Below are positions 27,049 through 37,990 of a stretch of 64,000 bases of DNA, in pieces. The translations under genes and the position numbers were made by a program. The notes beneath the pieces are model-generated. The model had not been told where the DNA came from. It saw only the letters and a list, made by a program, of their open reading frames with translations, and searched no databases. Origin of the DNA: Planctomycetota bacterium (lineage in GTDB: Bacteria; Planctomycetota; GCA-002687715; DRQF01); the NCBI GenBank assembly GCA_011369445.1, contig DRQF01000028.1, positions 2,061 through 66,060 on the forward strand, given 5' to 3'. How positions within the stretch are numbered: position 1 is the stretch's first letter; each line of letters starts with the position of its first letter.

Positions 27049-28317
27049 TCACCGGGGCCGTTGGTCGGCCCGACTCTGTTCTGGATACCGATCCTCGAAC
27101 ATGTAGCCTTTTTCGTCGTAAGCGACGTGTCCCTGTTCCGCGAGGAGCGCGCAGGAGGCGCAATAGGGCTGGGGCTTTTTCTCCCTCAAACCGCGGCGGA
27201 GCGCCTGATATTCCTCACCGTTCCAGATGTCGTCCCATGCGTCCTTGAAGACGTTGCCCACGACGGGCCGTCCCTGGTGACAGCACGGGGCGACGTGGCC
27301 TTCGACGGAGACGAACACCTGGCGCCACGCAAAGGGGCACCAATACGCGTCCTCGGCCCAATCCGGGGGAGGGGCTTCCGTGGCGAGGATCTCCTGGGCT
27401 TGCCTTTCCGACATCTCGCCGTCGTCGCGTCTAAGGATTTCCTGCCGGGGGACGAGACCTGTCGTCTCCTCGGGCTCTTCGATGGGGAGCGACGGGGCCT
27501 CTTCGGCGTCGAGGTCGAAAAGCGCCGGGGCGTTGAGCTGCACGCCCAGCTCCTTCGCGCGGGCAACGGCTTTCTCGATCCAGAAGTTGGCGAGCGCTTT
27601 GTGTTCGAGGAGCGATGACCCTCTGAGTTCCTTTGTGAACACGAGCAGATGGCCGGCGTGGACCGTGTCCACATCCAGCTCCTTCGCCCATTCGACGATG
27701 CGCGGGAATTCTTCGATGTTCTCCCTCATCAACGTGACACCGAAGTCGAACTTGACCCGATTGCGCAGCCCCAACGCGTCTCGGCGTTCCTTGAAGAGGC
27801 GCAGGTTCGAGATCACGACGTCGAACTTCGACCCGGTTCGGCAGTGTTCGAAGACCTCTTTCGACCCTCCGTCGAAACTCATGATCAGACGGTCCAGCAG
27901 AGGGAGAACCCGATCGAGTCTCGGATTCTTGAGCAGCATGCCGTTGGTGACGAGTTCGAGGCGTACGGAGTACTTCTCCGCCAGCTCGACCATGAGATCG
28001 AAGTGGGGGAAGGTGAAGGGCTCGCCGACCACCGTGGGGTTGATCACCGTGGCTTTCGGAAACGCCACGTCCGCCATCATGCGGAAGGTCATCTCATCCA
28101 TGGAGAATCGATGCATGCCCTGCTTGCGGAGCTCATTGCGGCTGAATTCGCAATCGCAGAAGAAGCAATGCAGGTTGCAGTCACCCGTGAACTCGAACGT
28201 GATCTTCAGAGGAACGGCATCCACGCGGACCCGGCCCTCGCTTTCCGCGCGGAGAAGTTCGGTCTCGTTCTCGCGCGTCATGGCGGCGAAGTCGTTTTCG
28301 GTGGGTGACGGGGGCAT
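27049..28317 (-). CDS. radical SAM/SPASM domain protein
   Basis: CNLHCFFC (CxxxCxxC) at residues about 47-54. C-terminal SPASM/twitch-like CPFAW..VAPCCH....GNV..DIWNG..Y..LR......C.SC. Confidence 0.85.
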   Translation of the reverse strand: MPPSPTENDFAAMTRENETELLRAESEGRVRVDAVPLKITFEFTGDCNLHCFFCDCEFSRNELRKQGMHRFSMDEMTFRMMADVAFPKATVINPTVVGEPFTFPHFDLMVELAEKYSVRLELVTNGMLLKNPRLDRVLPLLDRLIMSFDGGSKEVFEHCRTGSKFDVVISNLRLFKERRDALGLRNRVKFDFGVTLMRENIEEFPRIVEWAKELDVDTVHAGHLLVFTKELRGSSLLEHKALANFWIEKAVARAKELGVQLNAPALFDLDAEEAPSLPIEEPEETTGLVPRQEILRRDDGEMSERQAQEILATEAPPPDWAEDAYWCPFAWRQVFVSVEGHVAPCCHQGRPVVGNVFKDAWDDIWNGEEYQALRRGLREKKPQPYCASCALLAEQGHVAYDEKGYMFEDRYPEQSRADQRPR

Positions 28318-28391
28318 CGAATCCTCGATCTGGATGGGAACCTCAGCAGGTCCTTTGTAGGTTTTTCGGCTCCCCGAGGCAAAAAGTCTCG

Positions 28392-28425
28392 ACGTTCCCC
28401 CCTAAAAAAAACGGGGGGGGAACGT
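28392..28425. repeat. inverted repeat built from homopolymer tracts (C6-A8-G8)
   Basis: acgttcccccc taaaaaaaacgg ggggggaacgt forms an 11-bp stem with an A8-rich loop. It sits in the divergent rSAM/sdhC intergenic region. Confidence 0.5.
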
Positions 28426-28541
28426 TATAAGGGGCCAGGATTCGCGGAATTGCTTCGCGAAGCCGCCAAAAGGCGTGTCGGCGCCTGGAATTGGGAAGAG
28501 GGCCTGCGGCGCTCCCCTCGGGCCCGGGGAGATGATTGACC

Positions 28542-29210
28542 ATGCCGAAGGGAATGGGACGGTTCTTCTTGTCCTCGCTGGGTAAGAAGTTCGTCATGGC
28601 CGTGACCGGCCTGTTGCTGATCGGTTTTCTCGTCGTTCACGTGCTGGAGAACCTCACCCTTTTCGTGGGGCAGGACGGCGCGGCCTTCGTGGGCTACGTC
28701 GAGGGACTCCACAAACTGGGGCCCCTCCTCTACGTGCTGGAATTGGGGCTCTTCGTTCTGTTCTGGATCCACATCTGGATCGCCATCCGGCTGACTCTCG
28801 AGAATCGGAAGGCACGCCCCGTCGCCTATCAGGTGAAGAGCACGTTCGGCGAGAGCACCCTGGCGTCGAGAACCATGATCTACTCCGGTCTCCTCGTCTT
28901 GGCCTTCCTGATCGTTCACCTGCTGCATTTCCGATTCCGCAAGGGGTACGCCATGCCCCACGCGGAGGAATTGCATGAGAGGGTGGTTGCCGGGTTGACC
29001 GACCCGCTCTTTGCGGCCATCTACGTCGTGGGTGCGCTTGCCGTGGGCTTGCACTTGACCCACGGCTTCCGAAGCCTATTTCAATCCCTCGGGATCAATC
29101 ACGAACCATGCAACCCATGGTTCAGGAGGATCGGAATCGCGCTGGCGATCGCGTTGGCTCTCGGTTTCGCGTCTTTCCCCATTGTCGCCATGACTGCCTG
29201 GAGGAGCTGA
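28542..29210 (+). CDS. sdhC: succinate dehydrogenase/fumarate reductase cytochrome b subunit (b558 type)
   Basis: About 222 aa with five hydrophobic helices and conserved His residues. It lies directly upstream of sdhA and sdhB. A TTG at 28536 is an alternative start. Confidence 0.8.
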   Translation: MPKGMGRFFLSSLGKKFVMAVTGLLLIGFLVVHVLENLTLFVGQDGAAFVGYVEGLHKLGPLLYVLELGLFVLFWIHIWIAIRLTLENRKARPVAYQVKSTFGESTLASRTMIYSGLLVLAFLIVHLLHFRFRKGYAMPHAEELHERVVAGLTDPLFAAIYVVGALAVGLHLTHGFRSLFQSLGINHEPCNPWFRRIGIALAIALALGFASFPIVAMTAWRS

Positions 29211-29211
29211 A

Positions 29212-31140
29212 ATGTCGTCCTCGAACGGAAAGTTGGAATCACGGATCCCCGCGGGGGCTCTGGACGAGAAGTGGGCGAAGCGCAAGTCCGAGCTCAAGCT
29301 CGTCGCCCCGAACAATCGCCGTAAGTTCACCATCGTCGTGGTGGGAACCGGGCTCGCCGGTGCCTCCGCGGCGGCCTCCCTGGGCGAGATGGGCTACAAC
29401 GTGATCGTCGTCTGCATCCAGGATAGCGCGCGAAGAGCCCATAGCATCGCGGCCCAGGGCGGTATCAACGCTGCAAAGAATTACCCGAATGACAACGACA
29501 GCGTCTTCAGGCTCTTCTACGACACGATCAAGGGAGGCGACTTCCGGGCGAGAGAGGCCAATACCTACCGTTTGGCCGAAGTCAGCAACAACATCATCGA
29601 CCAGTGCGTCGCTCAGGGCGTCCCCTTCGCAAGGGAATACGGTGGACTTCTCGCGAATCGGACGTTTGGCGGGGCTCAGGTGTCGCGAACGTTCTATGCT
29701 CGCGGGCAAACCGGCCAGCAGCTCCTCCTCGGTGCCTACGGGGCGCTGATGCGACAGGTGGACGCCGGGCGGGTCAAGTTGCTGCCCAGGCGCGAGATGC
29801 TGGATCTCGTCGTCGTGGACGGTGTTGCGCGGGGCGTCGTGACGCGCAATCTCATCACCGGTGCCTACGAGCGCTATGCCGGGCACGCGGTACTCCTGTG
29901 CACGGGAGGCTACGGCAACGTCTTCTACCTCTCGACGAATGCGAAGGCCTCGAACGTGACCGCCGCTTGGCGAGCCCACAAGCGCGGCGCCTTCTTCGCG
30001 AACCCCTGTTACACGCAGATCCATCCCACCTGCATCCCCGTCTCGGGCGACCATCAGTCGAAGCTCACGCTCATGAGCGAGAGTTTGCGGAACGACGGTC
30101 GCGTCTGGGTGCCGATGAAGGCCGGTGACAAGCGCCCTCCCAACGACATCCCGGAGGAAGAGCGAGACTACTATCTGGAGCGCAAGTATCCGAGTTTCGG
30201 CAACATGGTTCCCAGGGACGTGGCGAGTCGTAACGCGAAAATGGTTTGCGACGAGGGCCGGGGTGTCGGGCCTTCGGGGTTGGCCGTCTATCTGGATTTC
30301 CGAGATGCCATCCAGCGGGATGGTATCGAGACGATCCGCTCCAAGTACGGCAACCTGTTCCACATGTACGAGAAGATCACGGGCGAGAATCCCTACCAGG
30401 TTCCCATGAGGATCTATCCCGCCGTCCACTACACGATGGGGGGGCTGTGGGTGAACTACGATCTCGAGAGCACGGTTCCCGGCCTTTTCGTCTTGGGCGA
30501 GGCCAATTTCTCGGATCACGGGGCGAACCGGCTCGGTGCGAGCGCCCTCATGCAGGGGTTGGCCGACGGATACTTCGTGCTCCCCTACACCTTGCCGGGG
30601 CATCTGGCCGGCCGAAAGCTCGGCGACGTCGACACGGACCACGAGGCATTCAAGGCCGCGGAGAAGGAGGCCAGGGAGCGCACGAACAAGCTTCTCGCCG
30701 TCAAGGGGTCCCGTACGGTCGACAGCTTCCACCGGGAACTGGGGCTGATCATGTGGAACCACTGCGGCATGGCTCGCAACCGCAAGGGGCTCGAAGAGGC
30801 GCTTCAGAAGATCCCGGCCCTCAGGGAGGCGTTCTGGAAGGACGTTCGCGTTCTGGGTGAGGGGGAAGACCTCAACCAGGAACTGGAGAAAGCCGGACGT
30901 GTGGCCGACTTCATGGAGTTCGCCGAACTCATGGTGAGGGATGCGCTGCACCGCGAGGAGTCCTGCGGGGGCCACTTCCGCGAGGAATACCAGACCGAGG
31001 AGGGCGAAGCGAAGCGGGACGACGAGAATTTCCGCTACGTCGCGGCTTGGGAGTTTCAGGGCGTCGGGAAGCCTGCTGAACTGCACAAGGAAGCCCTGGA
31101 GTTCGAAAACGTCGAGCTCACCCAGAGGAGCTACAAGTGA
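29212..31140 (+). CDS. sdhA: succinate dehydrogenase/fumarate reductase flavoprotein subunit
   Basis: [15 protein letters not shown]-binding motif, [15 protein letters not shown]; 642 aa. Confidence 0.9.
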   Translation: MSSSNGKLESRIPAGALDEKWAKRKSELKLVAPNNRRKFTIVVVGTGLAGASAAASLGEMGYNVIVVCIQDSARRAHSIAAQGGINAAKNYPNDNDSVFRLFYDTIKGGDFRAREANTYRLAEVSNNIIDQCVAQGVPFAREYGGLLANRTFGGAQVSRTFYARGQTGQQLLLGAYGALMRQVDAGRVKLLPRREMLDLVVVDGVARGVVTRNLITGAYERYAGHAVLLCTGGYGNVFYLSTNAKASNVTAAWRAHKRGAFFANPCYTQIHPTCIPVSGDHQSKLTLMSESLRNDGRVWVPMKAGDKRPPNDIPEEERDYYLERKYPSFGNMVPRDVASRNAKMVCDEGRGVGPSGLAVYLDFRDAIQRDGIETIRSKYGNLFHMYEKITGENPYQVPMRIYPAVHYTMGGLWVNYDLESTVPGLFVLGEANFSDHGANRLGASALMQGLADGYFVLPYTLPGHLAGRKLGDVDTDHEAFKAAEKEARERTNKLLAVKGSRTVDSFHRELGLIMWNHCGMARNRKGLEEALQKIPALREAFWKDVRVLGEGEDLNQELEKAGRVADFMEFAELMVRDALHREESCGGHFREEYQTEEGEAKRDDENFRYVAAWEFQGVGKPAELHKEALEFENVELTQRSYK

Positions 31141-31901
31141 TGAGTGAGTCCACGATGAAGCTGACCCTCAAGATCTGGCGCCAGAGCAGCGCGGCCAGTG
31201 CTGGGCGCCTGGAAACCTACGAGTTGGACGACGTCAGTTCCGACATGTCGTTCCTCGAGATGCTGGACATTCTGAACACCCAGTTAATCGAGAAGGGCGA
31301 AGAACCTGTCGCCTTCGACCACGATTGCCGCGAGGGCATCTGTGGCATGTGTGGGTGCATGATCAACGGGAAGGCCCACGGTCTGGAGCGTGGCACGACC
31401 CTCTGCCAGCTTCACATGCGCAAGTTCAACAGCGGGGACACGCTCGTCATCGAGCCTTGGCGCGCCAAGGCTTTTCCCCTGGTGAAGGATCTCGTCGTCG
31501 ACCGGTCCGCGTTCGACCGAATCATCGAAGCCGGTGGGTATATTTCGGTTTCCACCGGGTCTGCTCCCGAGGCGAACGGACTTCCGATTCCGAGGGACTG
31601 TTCCGAACTCGCCTTCGACGCGGCGGCTTGCATCGGATGCGGGGCTTGCGTGGCATCCTGCAAGAACGCCTCGGCCATGCTTTTCGTGAGCGCCAAGGTG
31701 AGCCAGTTCGCCCTGCTTCCCCAAGGGCAACCGGAACGCCAGCGGCGCGTGTTGCGCATGGTGGAGGCCATGGACAACGAAGGATTCGGCAACTGCACGA
31801 ACGAGTTCGAATGCGAAGCCGCCTGTCCCAAAGAGATCTCGGTGAGCAACATCGCCCGGATGAACAGAGAGTTCTTGGGCGCATCCATCAAGGCGACTTG
31901 A
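31140..31901 (+). CDS. sdhB: succinate dehydrogenase/fumarate reductase iron-sulfur subunit
   Basis: [21 protein letters not shown] and CEAACPK cluster motifs. The ATG overlaps the sdhA stop (TGATG). Confidence 0.9.
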   Translation: MSESTMKLTLKIWRQSSAASAGRLETYELDDVSSDMSFLEMLDILNTQLIEKGEEPVAFDHDCREGICGMCGCMINGKAHGLERGTTLCQLHMRKFNSGDTLVIEPWRAKAFPLVKDLVVDRSAFDRIIEAGGYISVSTGSAPEANGLPIPRDCSELAFDAAACIGCGACVASCKNASAMLFVSAKVSQFALLPQGQPERQRRVLRMVEAMDNEGFGNCTNEFECEAACPKEISVSNIARMNREFLGASIKAT

Positions 31902-31913
31902 CCTCCCGCGGCG

Positions 31914-31942
31914 CGGCGCGGCGCGATGCTGGCGCCGTGCCG
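31914..31942 (+). terminator. GC-rich hairpin after sdhB (no T-tract)
   Basis: cggcgcggcgc / gcgccgtgccg forms 11 bp including one G-U, with a 7-nt loop. The 5' arm is part of a (GCGGC)3 micro-repeat that starts 10 nt after the stop. Confidence 0.35.
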
Positions 31943-32136
31943 CCGATTCCGCTCCGCAACTCTGTTCTCTCAAAAGAACGAATCCATGCACGTCGAGCCG
32001 CAATTCGCCGGTCTGTCGACGTTTCGCTCCCTCTTGCGTTGCATAAATCCACAACCCTTCACTTTTCCGTCGGTGTGTTCGACAACATCAGCGGGAAACG
32101 TTGGATTCGTGAGAGCACGTACGAAGGGATAAGTCG

Positions 32137-32628
32137 ATGAGTATTCAGGCCTGTGAGAGACACGGAGTGGCGGCCCGGTGGAAATCCAGGTTCCAAAGGA
32201 GCCATCGTCGCCTCCAAAGCGTCCTGAAGCGTCTGCGCCAAGCAGAGATGGACTGGGCACCGGACGATGGGATCGAGTCCCCTCGCGAGCATCTTTGGGA
32301 AATCGCCGTCTCGCGGCGGTGGCTGGCGGTCCGGCTGGCGCGGGGTCGGATCATGCCTGCCCAGGAGACGTTCCGACCGGAGCAGGTGGATGCCCAAGAA
32401 ATCGTCCGTCTTCTCGATCTTTGCCACCGCAATCTCGGGGATTGGCTGGACGGCGCCAGCGACGAGGACATTCTCTCCACCCCGGCGTCGGTCGACGGCG
32501 AGAAGTCGCTGCGAGGGTTGAATGTCGAGGACCTCCTCTACCATCAACTCGAGTTGGAGGCTCACCGGACGGCCGCCATCGACGGCCTGTCCCGCCTCAT
32601 CGACCCGGCCCGCGTGCCGGTCCTCTGA
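32137..32628 (+). CDS. DinB-like helical bundle protein (hypothetical)
   Basis: 163 aa and helical, with His-containing segments (PREHLWEI, LYHQLELEAHR) reminiscent of the DinB_2 family. This assignment is weak. Confidence 0.45.
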   Translation: MSIQACERHGVAARWKSRFQRSHRRLQSVLKRLRQAEMDWAPDDGIESPREHLWEIAVSRRWLAVRLARGRIMPAQETFRPEQVDAQEIVRLLDLCHRNLGDWLDGASDEDILSTPASVDGEKSLRGLNVEDLLYHQLELEAHRTAAIDGLSRLIDPARVPVL

Positions 32629-32765
32629 CCCGCCCTCGCCTCCGTCCTCAAAATCCGTATTGATTGATCGGCGAGCGATCCACTTCTACAATGCTGCAGC
32701 CACGTCCGGTAAGCCGGGTTCAGCGGGTTTGATTGGGGGCAGACACCAGGGGAGGGTGAGCGGCC

Positions 32766-33194
32766 ATGAAAGGCAAGATTTTCACACAGGCCGAGGCGAG
32801 CCGAGCAATTCCCTACTTGAAGCGCATTGCCACGGACGCGATCGCCAGCATGAAGCTCATTCAGCGCCACGGCCGGGCGATTGCGAACCTGCGGGCGGAC
32901 GACGTGCTCTCCCAGGAGGAACGCGAGGAAGCGATCCGCCAGCACGAGGCGAAGATCGAGATCCTCGAGGCTCGCATCGAGGACTGCCGCAAGGAGTTGG
33001 AGCCGTTGGGGTGTTTCCTCGACGATCCGGAGCGAGGGATCATCAAGTTCTACGGCGAAATGGATTCTCGCATCGTCTATTTCACCTGGAAGCCCGGGGA
33101 ACCGCGGGTCGCGTTCTGGCATCCCATGGAAAAGACCTACTCCGACCGTCAACCCATCGACGGCGACGAGATGCTGGCCGGTAACACACCCTGA
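32766..33194 (+). CDS. DUF2203 family protein
   Basis: The N-terminus FTQAEASRAIPYLKRI and C-terminal GIIKFYGEMDSRIVYFTWKPGEPRVAFWH match my recollection of the DUF2203 pattern. RBS GGGGAGGG. Confidence 0.55.
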   Translation: MKGKIFTQAEASRAIPYLKRIATDAIASMKLIQRHGRAIANLRADDVLSQEEREEAIRQHEAKIEILEARIEDCRKELEPLGCFLDDPERGIIKFYGEMDSRIVYFTWKPGEPRVAFWHPMEKTYSDRQPIDGDEMLAGNTP

Positions 33195-33227
33195 AAGGGG
33201 CGGCCCTACGCCGCGGACATGCCGCGC

Positions 33228-35027
33228 TCACATCCGGTCCACGGTCTTGATCCCCAAGAGCTTCAGCCCCTGAGATAGGGCGGTGGCGGTTGCCCGAGAC
33301 AGCATGAGGCGTGCTTTTCGGACCGCGGGATCGTCCGCTTTCAGGATGGGGACCGCCCGATTGTGTGAGTGGTAGGCCCGGGCACAGGCCAACAGCCAGC
33401 TGCTGATCAGGGAAGGATTCAAATCCGCGGCGGCCTTCTCAACCACCCGGGGGAATTCGACCAGTTTCAGCATGAGTCGGATCTCGCTTTCGTCGGTCAA
33501 GACCGCGGGGTCGAACTCGACATCGTCCGGCCCCAACCCGGAATCCTCGAGCATGCGCTGGATGCGGGCGAAGGCGTAGAGAACATAGGGTCCCGTATCC
33601 CCCTCGAAGGAGACGGACGCCTTCGGGTCGTACAGCATCGTCGTCTTGGGCGAGACCGAGAGAATCATGAATTTGAGGGCGGCCAGGGCGATGTTGAGGG
33701 CTCGCTCCTCGGCGGCTTTCTCATCGACATCGGGCTGGCGGGAAAGGATCTCTTTGTGGGCCAGCCGACTCACCTCCTCGATGAGGTTGTCGGCGTCGAC
33801 GACGGTCCCCTCGCGGGACTTCATCTTCCCTTCGGGGAGATTGACCATCCCATAGGCGAGATGACGGCAGTTGGCTGCCCATTCATATCCCAGCCTCTTC
33901 AGGATCTCGAAGAGGACGTTGAAGTGATAGATCTGTTCGTTGCCGACGACGAAGATCTGGCCGTCCAAGCCGTACTCTTCCGTCTTCATGACCGTCGTTC
34001 CAATGTCCTGAGTGATGTAGACCGATGTGCCGTCGCTTCGCAGGACGACCTTGCGATCGAGCTTGACATCGGAGAGATCGATCTCGACGGCGCCGTCATC
34101 TCGACGATGGAATACGCCCTTGCGCAGCCCCTCGCTGACGATCTCCTTGCCGAGTTGATACGTCTCCGATTCGAGGTAGATGCGGTCGAATCGGATGCCC
34201 AATGTCCGATAGGTCTCCTCGAATCCCTCCATCACCCAGCCATTCATCAGCTTCCAAAGAGCGAGGACCTCCTCGTCTCCCTCCTCCCAGCGTCGAAGGA
34301 CGTCCCTGGCTCCCGCCATCCACTCGCTGATCTTGGCGAACTCGTCCCGCGAGATCTCGGATTGCTCCGGGTGCTCGTCACGGTACCGTTTCCACTCTTC
34401 GCGGAAGCGGGTTTCGAAGAGGACGTAGAAGTCCCCGACGAAGTGATCCCCCTTCTTGCCGACCGACTCCGGGGTCATGCCCTGGCCTTCGCGCTGATAG
34501 GCCAGCATCGACTTGCAGATGTGGATGCCTCGATCATTCACGAGATTGGCGCGGATGACGTCGGTTCCCGTGGCTTCCAGCAGGCGGGCCACCGAGTCCC
34601 CCAAGCAATTCGTACGGACATGTCCCAGGTGCTGGGGCTTGTTCGTGTTGGGCGAGGAGAACTCGACCATGATGCGCTGGGATGGGTCGGTGCGCTCCCG
34701 AAACCCGAAGGAGTCGCCGGCTCTGAGAGCGGGGGAGAGGGCTCCTTCGGCCAGCGCCGGCCGATGCAGGACCAGGTTCACGTAGCCCTTCACTGGGGTG
34801 GCTCGTTCGATCAGGGCGTCTTTTTCCAATTCCTCGGCCAGCGCCTGGGCAATGGCGGGAGGCGCCTTGCGGAGGTCCTTGGCCAGGTGGAAGGCATTCA
34901 GCGCGAGATCACCGAATTGATCGGGGAAATCCAGGGTGACCCGAGTAGGAGAGATCCCGAAGACGTTTTCCACTGCCTTGCGGCAGACCTGTTCGATACG
35001 ATCCAGCAGCACGCGCTGTCCCTCCAT
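33228..35027 (-). CDS. argS: arginine--tRNA ligase
   Basis: Class I HIGH-type motif SSPNTNKPQHLGH and a C-terminal DALR-type anticodon-binding domain. 599 aa. Confidence 0.9.
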   Translation of the reverse strand: MEGQRVLLDRIEQVCRKAVENVFGISPTRVTLDFPDQFGDLALNAFHLAKDLRKAPPAIAQALAEELEKDALIERATPVKGYVNLVLHRPALAEGALSPALRAGDSFGFRERTDPSQRIMVEFSSPNTNKPQHLGHVRTNCLGDSVARLLEATGTDVIRANLVNDRGIHICKSMLAYQREGQGMTPESVGKKGDHFVGDFYVLFETRFREEWKRYRDEHPEQSEISRDEFAKISEWMAGARDVLRRWEEGDEEVLALWKLMNGWVMEGFEETYRTLGIRFDRIYLESETYQLGKEIVSEGLRKGVFHRRDDGAVEIDLSDVKLDRKVVLRSDGTSVYITQDIGTTVMKTEEYGLDGQIFVVGNEQIYHFNVLFEILKRLGYEWAANCRHLAYGMVNLPEGKMKSREGTVVDADNLIEEVSRLAHKEILSRQPDVDEKAAEERALNIALAALKFMILSVSPKTTMLYDPKASVSFEGDTGPYVLYAFARIQRMLEDSGLGPDDVEFDPAVLTDESEIRLMLKLVEFPRVVEKAAADLNPSLISSWLLACARAYHSHNRAVPILKADDPAVRKARLMLSRATATALSQGLKLLGIKTVDRM

Positions 35028-35104
35028 TGGTCAAGGCTATGAGCTATCAGGATTCCACGGGGGGGCAAGGGCCGAGCTGGACCACTGATGCGAGGATGCG
35101 CCCC

Positions 35105-36022
35105 ATGTTGACGTCCAAGGTGTACGAAAACCGGAAACAATTCTCCCGCCGATTCGATCCGAGAGCCTATCCCAAGCGCGAGCTGGAGACCCTGGCCCTG
35201 ATGGTGGACCCCGAGCATTTTCGGCTGGACGAGGTTCTGAATCCCCATTCCCTCGATGCCGAGGGACGGATGCTCGAAGTGGATACGGCCTTGGCCATCG
35301 AGCAATGGAGCCGCCTGGTCGACACGATGCGCTCGTCGGGGATCGACGTGGAGATTCTGCCCGGCCGCTCCAACCTTCCGGACATGGTGTTCGCTGCGAA
35401 TGAGGGGTTCCCCTACGTGAGCGATTCCGGCGAGCGCCGGGTGGTCCTATCGAAAATGACCGCTCCGTCCAGGCGTCCGGAGGTGGCCCATTTCGAAAGT
35501 TGGTTCAGGTCCAAGGGGTTCGCGGTGGATACGGCGCCCTGCGGCGCCGGAGAGTCGTTCGAGGGATGCGGAGATCTCCTCTGGCTGAGCGACCGGAAGG
35601 TGATCCTCGGGGGGTGGGGTTTCCGCACCTCCCGAGTCGTCTTGGACCGTTTGGCGGCTCGAATCGACGTCCCCATCATCGCGTTCCACCTGACGGATCC
35701 TGCTTTCTATCACCTGGATACGGCTGTGACCGTTCTGGACGACTCCCGGTGCCTGGCCCATCGCCCGGCGTTCACCGAGGAGGGGTGGGATCTGCTTCAC
35801 GCCGTCTTCGAGGAGGTCGTCACGGCTCCGGCTGACGAGGCCCGGCACGCCCTCGTCTGCAATGCCTTCGCCCCCCGGCCGGGGGTTGTCATCGTGGAGG
35901 AGGAAGCCCGCATCACGTGTGGGCTCCTGGAAGAAAAAGGCTACGAGGTGCATCCGGTGCCCACCTCCGAGTTCAGGAAGTCCGGCGGTTCGATCTTCTG
36001 CCTGAAGCTGATGATCCCTTGA
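35105..36022 (+). CDS. amidinotransferase-superfamily protein (arginine deiminase / DDAH-related)
   Basis: The C-terminus [17 protein letters not shown] carries the catalytic Cys context, with an AFYHLDTA motif. The start is ambiguous (TTG 35027, ATG 35039, 35096 or 35105); GAGGA sits 8 nt before 35105. Confidence 0.6.
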   Translation: MLTSKVYENRKQFSRRFDPRAYPKRELETLALMVDPEHFRLDEVLNPHSLDAEGRMLEVDTALAIEQWSRLVDTMRSSGIDVEILPGRSNLPDMVFAANEGFPYVSDSGERRVVLSKMTAPSRRPEVAHFESWFRSKGFAVDTAPCGAGESFEGCGDLLWLSDRKVILGGWGFRTSRVVLDRLAARIDVPIIAFHLTDPAFYHLDTAVTVLDDSRCLAHRPAFTEEGWDLLHAVFEEVVTAPADEARHALVCNAFAPRPGVVIVEEEARITCGLLEEKGYEVHPVPTSEFRKSGGSIFCLKLMIP

Positions 36023-36071
36023 GGCTCGACTTGTGGGCCACCGGCGCTGGGTGGTAGCCTCCGGGCCAATC

Positions 36072-37871
36072 ATGGACATTCGCAATATCGCTATCATCGC
36101 CCACGTCGACCACGGGAAGACGACCCTCGTGGACGGCATGATTCGCCATGCGGGTCTCGTTCGCGAGAACCAGCACATGGACGACTGCATGCTCGACAGC
36201 AACGACCTCGAAAGAGAGCGGGGCATCACCATCTTGTCGAAGAACATCTCGCTGACCTGGCGAGACCACAAGATCAACATCATCGATACGCCCGGCCACA
36301 GTGACTTCGGAGGCGAGGTTGAGCGGGTGCTCCGCATGGCCAACGGCGTTCTGCTGCTGGTGGATGCCTACGAAGGCCCCATGCCGCAGACCCGGTTCGT
36401 TCTCAGGAAAGCCCTCGACCTGAACCTCCGGCCCATCGTTGTCATCAACAAGATCGATCGGCCGGACGGTCGTCCCCACGAAGTGCTGGACCTTGTCTTC
36501 GAACTCTTCTGCGCCCTCGGCGCGAGCGATGAACAGCTGGATTTTCCCGTGCTCTATGCGTCCGGGCGTTCCGGCTACGCCCGCTTCGAGGTCGAGGATG
36601 AGAACATGGATTTCGAGCCTCTCTTCGAATCCATCGTCAAGCACGTGCCCCCGCCGGAGATGGATACCGAGGCGCCGTTCCGCCTCCTCGTGAGTTCGCT
36701 GCAATACAGCGAGTTCACCGGCCGCGTGGCCGTGGGCCGAGTCTTTCAGGGGCGCCTGGGACGCAACGATCGTCTTGCCATCGTGGATCGGGACGGCAAC
36801 TCGAGGGTGGCCCAACCGAAGCGCATATCGACCTTCGAGGGCTTGGGGCAAAAGGAGGTGCCCGCGGCGATCGCCGGCGACATCGTGGCGATCGAAGGGC
36901 TGGTCGACGTCAGCATAGGTGACACCCTCTGCGCGCTCGACTCGCGCGAATCCATCTGGTCGCCTCCCATCGATGAGCCCACGATCTCCATGGTGTTTCG
37001 CGTCAACGACTCCCCCTTTGCGGGCAAGGAGGGGCAGTTCGTGACGTCGCGCCAAATCCGCACTCGGCTCATGCGGGAGACGGAGCGTGACGTGGCGTTG
37101 CAGGTGACCGACACGGATCGCGCCGAAGCGTTCCAAGTGGCGGGGCGTGGAGTGCTGCACTTGGGAATCCTCATCGAGAACATGCGCCGCGAGGGCTACG
37201 AGTTCTCCGTCGGGAAACCGCATATCATCGAGAAGGTCATCGACGGGAAGCGGCACGAGCCCATGGAGACGCTCGTCGTCGACTGTCCCGACTCGGTCAC
37301 GGGAAAGGTGATCGAGGAGGTCGGGAGACGGCGGGGTGAAATGGAGGACATGGTCAGTCGCGAGGGCTTGGCCAACCTGCAGTTCGCGATCCCTTCCCGC
37401 GGGATCATCGGTCTGAGGACGAGGCTTCTCAACCTCACGGGTGGCGAGGCGACGATCCACCACATCTTCAAAAGCTGGGAGCCCTGGAAGGGCAGCATTC
37501 CCGGCCGTTCCAACGGGACGATGGTCTCCGTGGAAACGGGGCAGGCCGTTGCCTATGCACTCTTCAATCTGAAGGATCGGGGGGCGTTCTTCATCGCCCC
37601 CGGTACGCCCGTGTACACGGGGATGATCGTGGGCGAGCATTGCAAGGACAAGGACCTCGATGTCAATGTCTGCAAGGAGAAGAAACTCTCCAATGTGCGC
37701 GCTTCGGGTTCCGACAAGAAGAGCATTCTCTCGCCTCCGCGCCAGCTCGGATTGGAGCAGGCCTTGGAATACATCGAAGAGGACGAGCTCGTCGAAGTGA
37801 CGCCTCACTCGATCCGCCTGAGAAAGATCAATCTTTCGGCAAAGGGGCGCAAGAAGGTCCAGAACGTCTGA
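36072..37871 (+). CDS. typA: translational GTPase TypA/BipA
   Basis: [40 protein letters not shown]; 599 aa. Confidence 0.9.
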   Translation: MDIRNIAIIAHVDHGKTTLVDGMIRHAGLVRENQHMDDCMLDSNDLERERGITILSKNISLTWRDHKINIIDTPGHSDFGGEVERVLRMANGVLLLVDAYEGPMPQTRFVLRKALDLNLRPIVVINKIDRPDGRPHEVLDLVFELFCALGASDEQLDFPVLYASGRSGYARFEVEDENMDFEPLFESIVKHVPPPEMDTEAPFRLLVSSLQYSEFTGRVAVGRVFQGRLGRNDRLAIVDRDGNSRVAQPKRISTFEGLGQKEVPAAIAGDIVAIEGLVDVSIGDTLCALDSRESIWSPPIDEPTISMVFRVNDSPFAGKEGQFVTSRQIRTRLMRETERDVALQVTDTDRAEAFQVAGRGVLHLGILIENMRREGYEFSVGKPHIIEKVIDGKRHEPMETLVVDCPDSVTGKVIEEVGRRRGEMEDMVSREGLANLQFAIPSRGIIGLRTRLLNLTGGEATIHHIFKSWEPWKGSIPGRSNGTMVSVETGQAVAYALFNLKDRGAFFIAPGTPVYTGMIVGEHCKDKDLDVNVCKEKKLSNVRASGSDKKSILSPPRQLGLEQALEYIEEDELVEVTPHSIRLRKINLSAKGRKKVQNV

Positions 37872-37990
37872 TTGCGACCCGATTCGCGCCCGCGGTGACT
37901 GGGTTTTCCTGCAGTTTCCCCCCGGCCGCAGGTCGATGAAAAAATGGGGCACTTGTGGCCTCACGCAGTCTCAGGTTATAGACTGTCCAT

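Noticed and set aside
28343-28543. 66-codon minus-strand ORF ([10 protein letters not shown]...FFLGGNVETFCLGEPKNLQRTC) ending 25 nt upstream of the radical SAM/SPASM start. It is tempting as a RiPP precursor with C-terminal Cys residues.
   Set aside because: Its third-position GC (about 63% by my count) is clearly lower than in neighbouring genes. It runs straight through the C6-A8-G8 homopolymer hairpin (giving PPPFFLGG). Its ATG is the reverse complement of the sdhC start region. No leader-like motif or RBS is evident. It is worth a proteomic or conservation check but is not supported as a gene.
31926-32132. 68-aa plus-strand ORF in the sdhB-DinB spacer.
   Set aside because: It has lower GC3 than the flanking genes, no RBS and no recognisable family. 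The spacer is more likely regulatory or terminator sequence.
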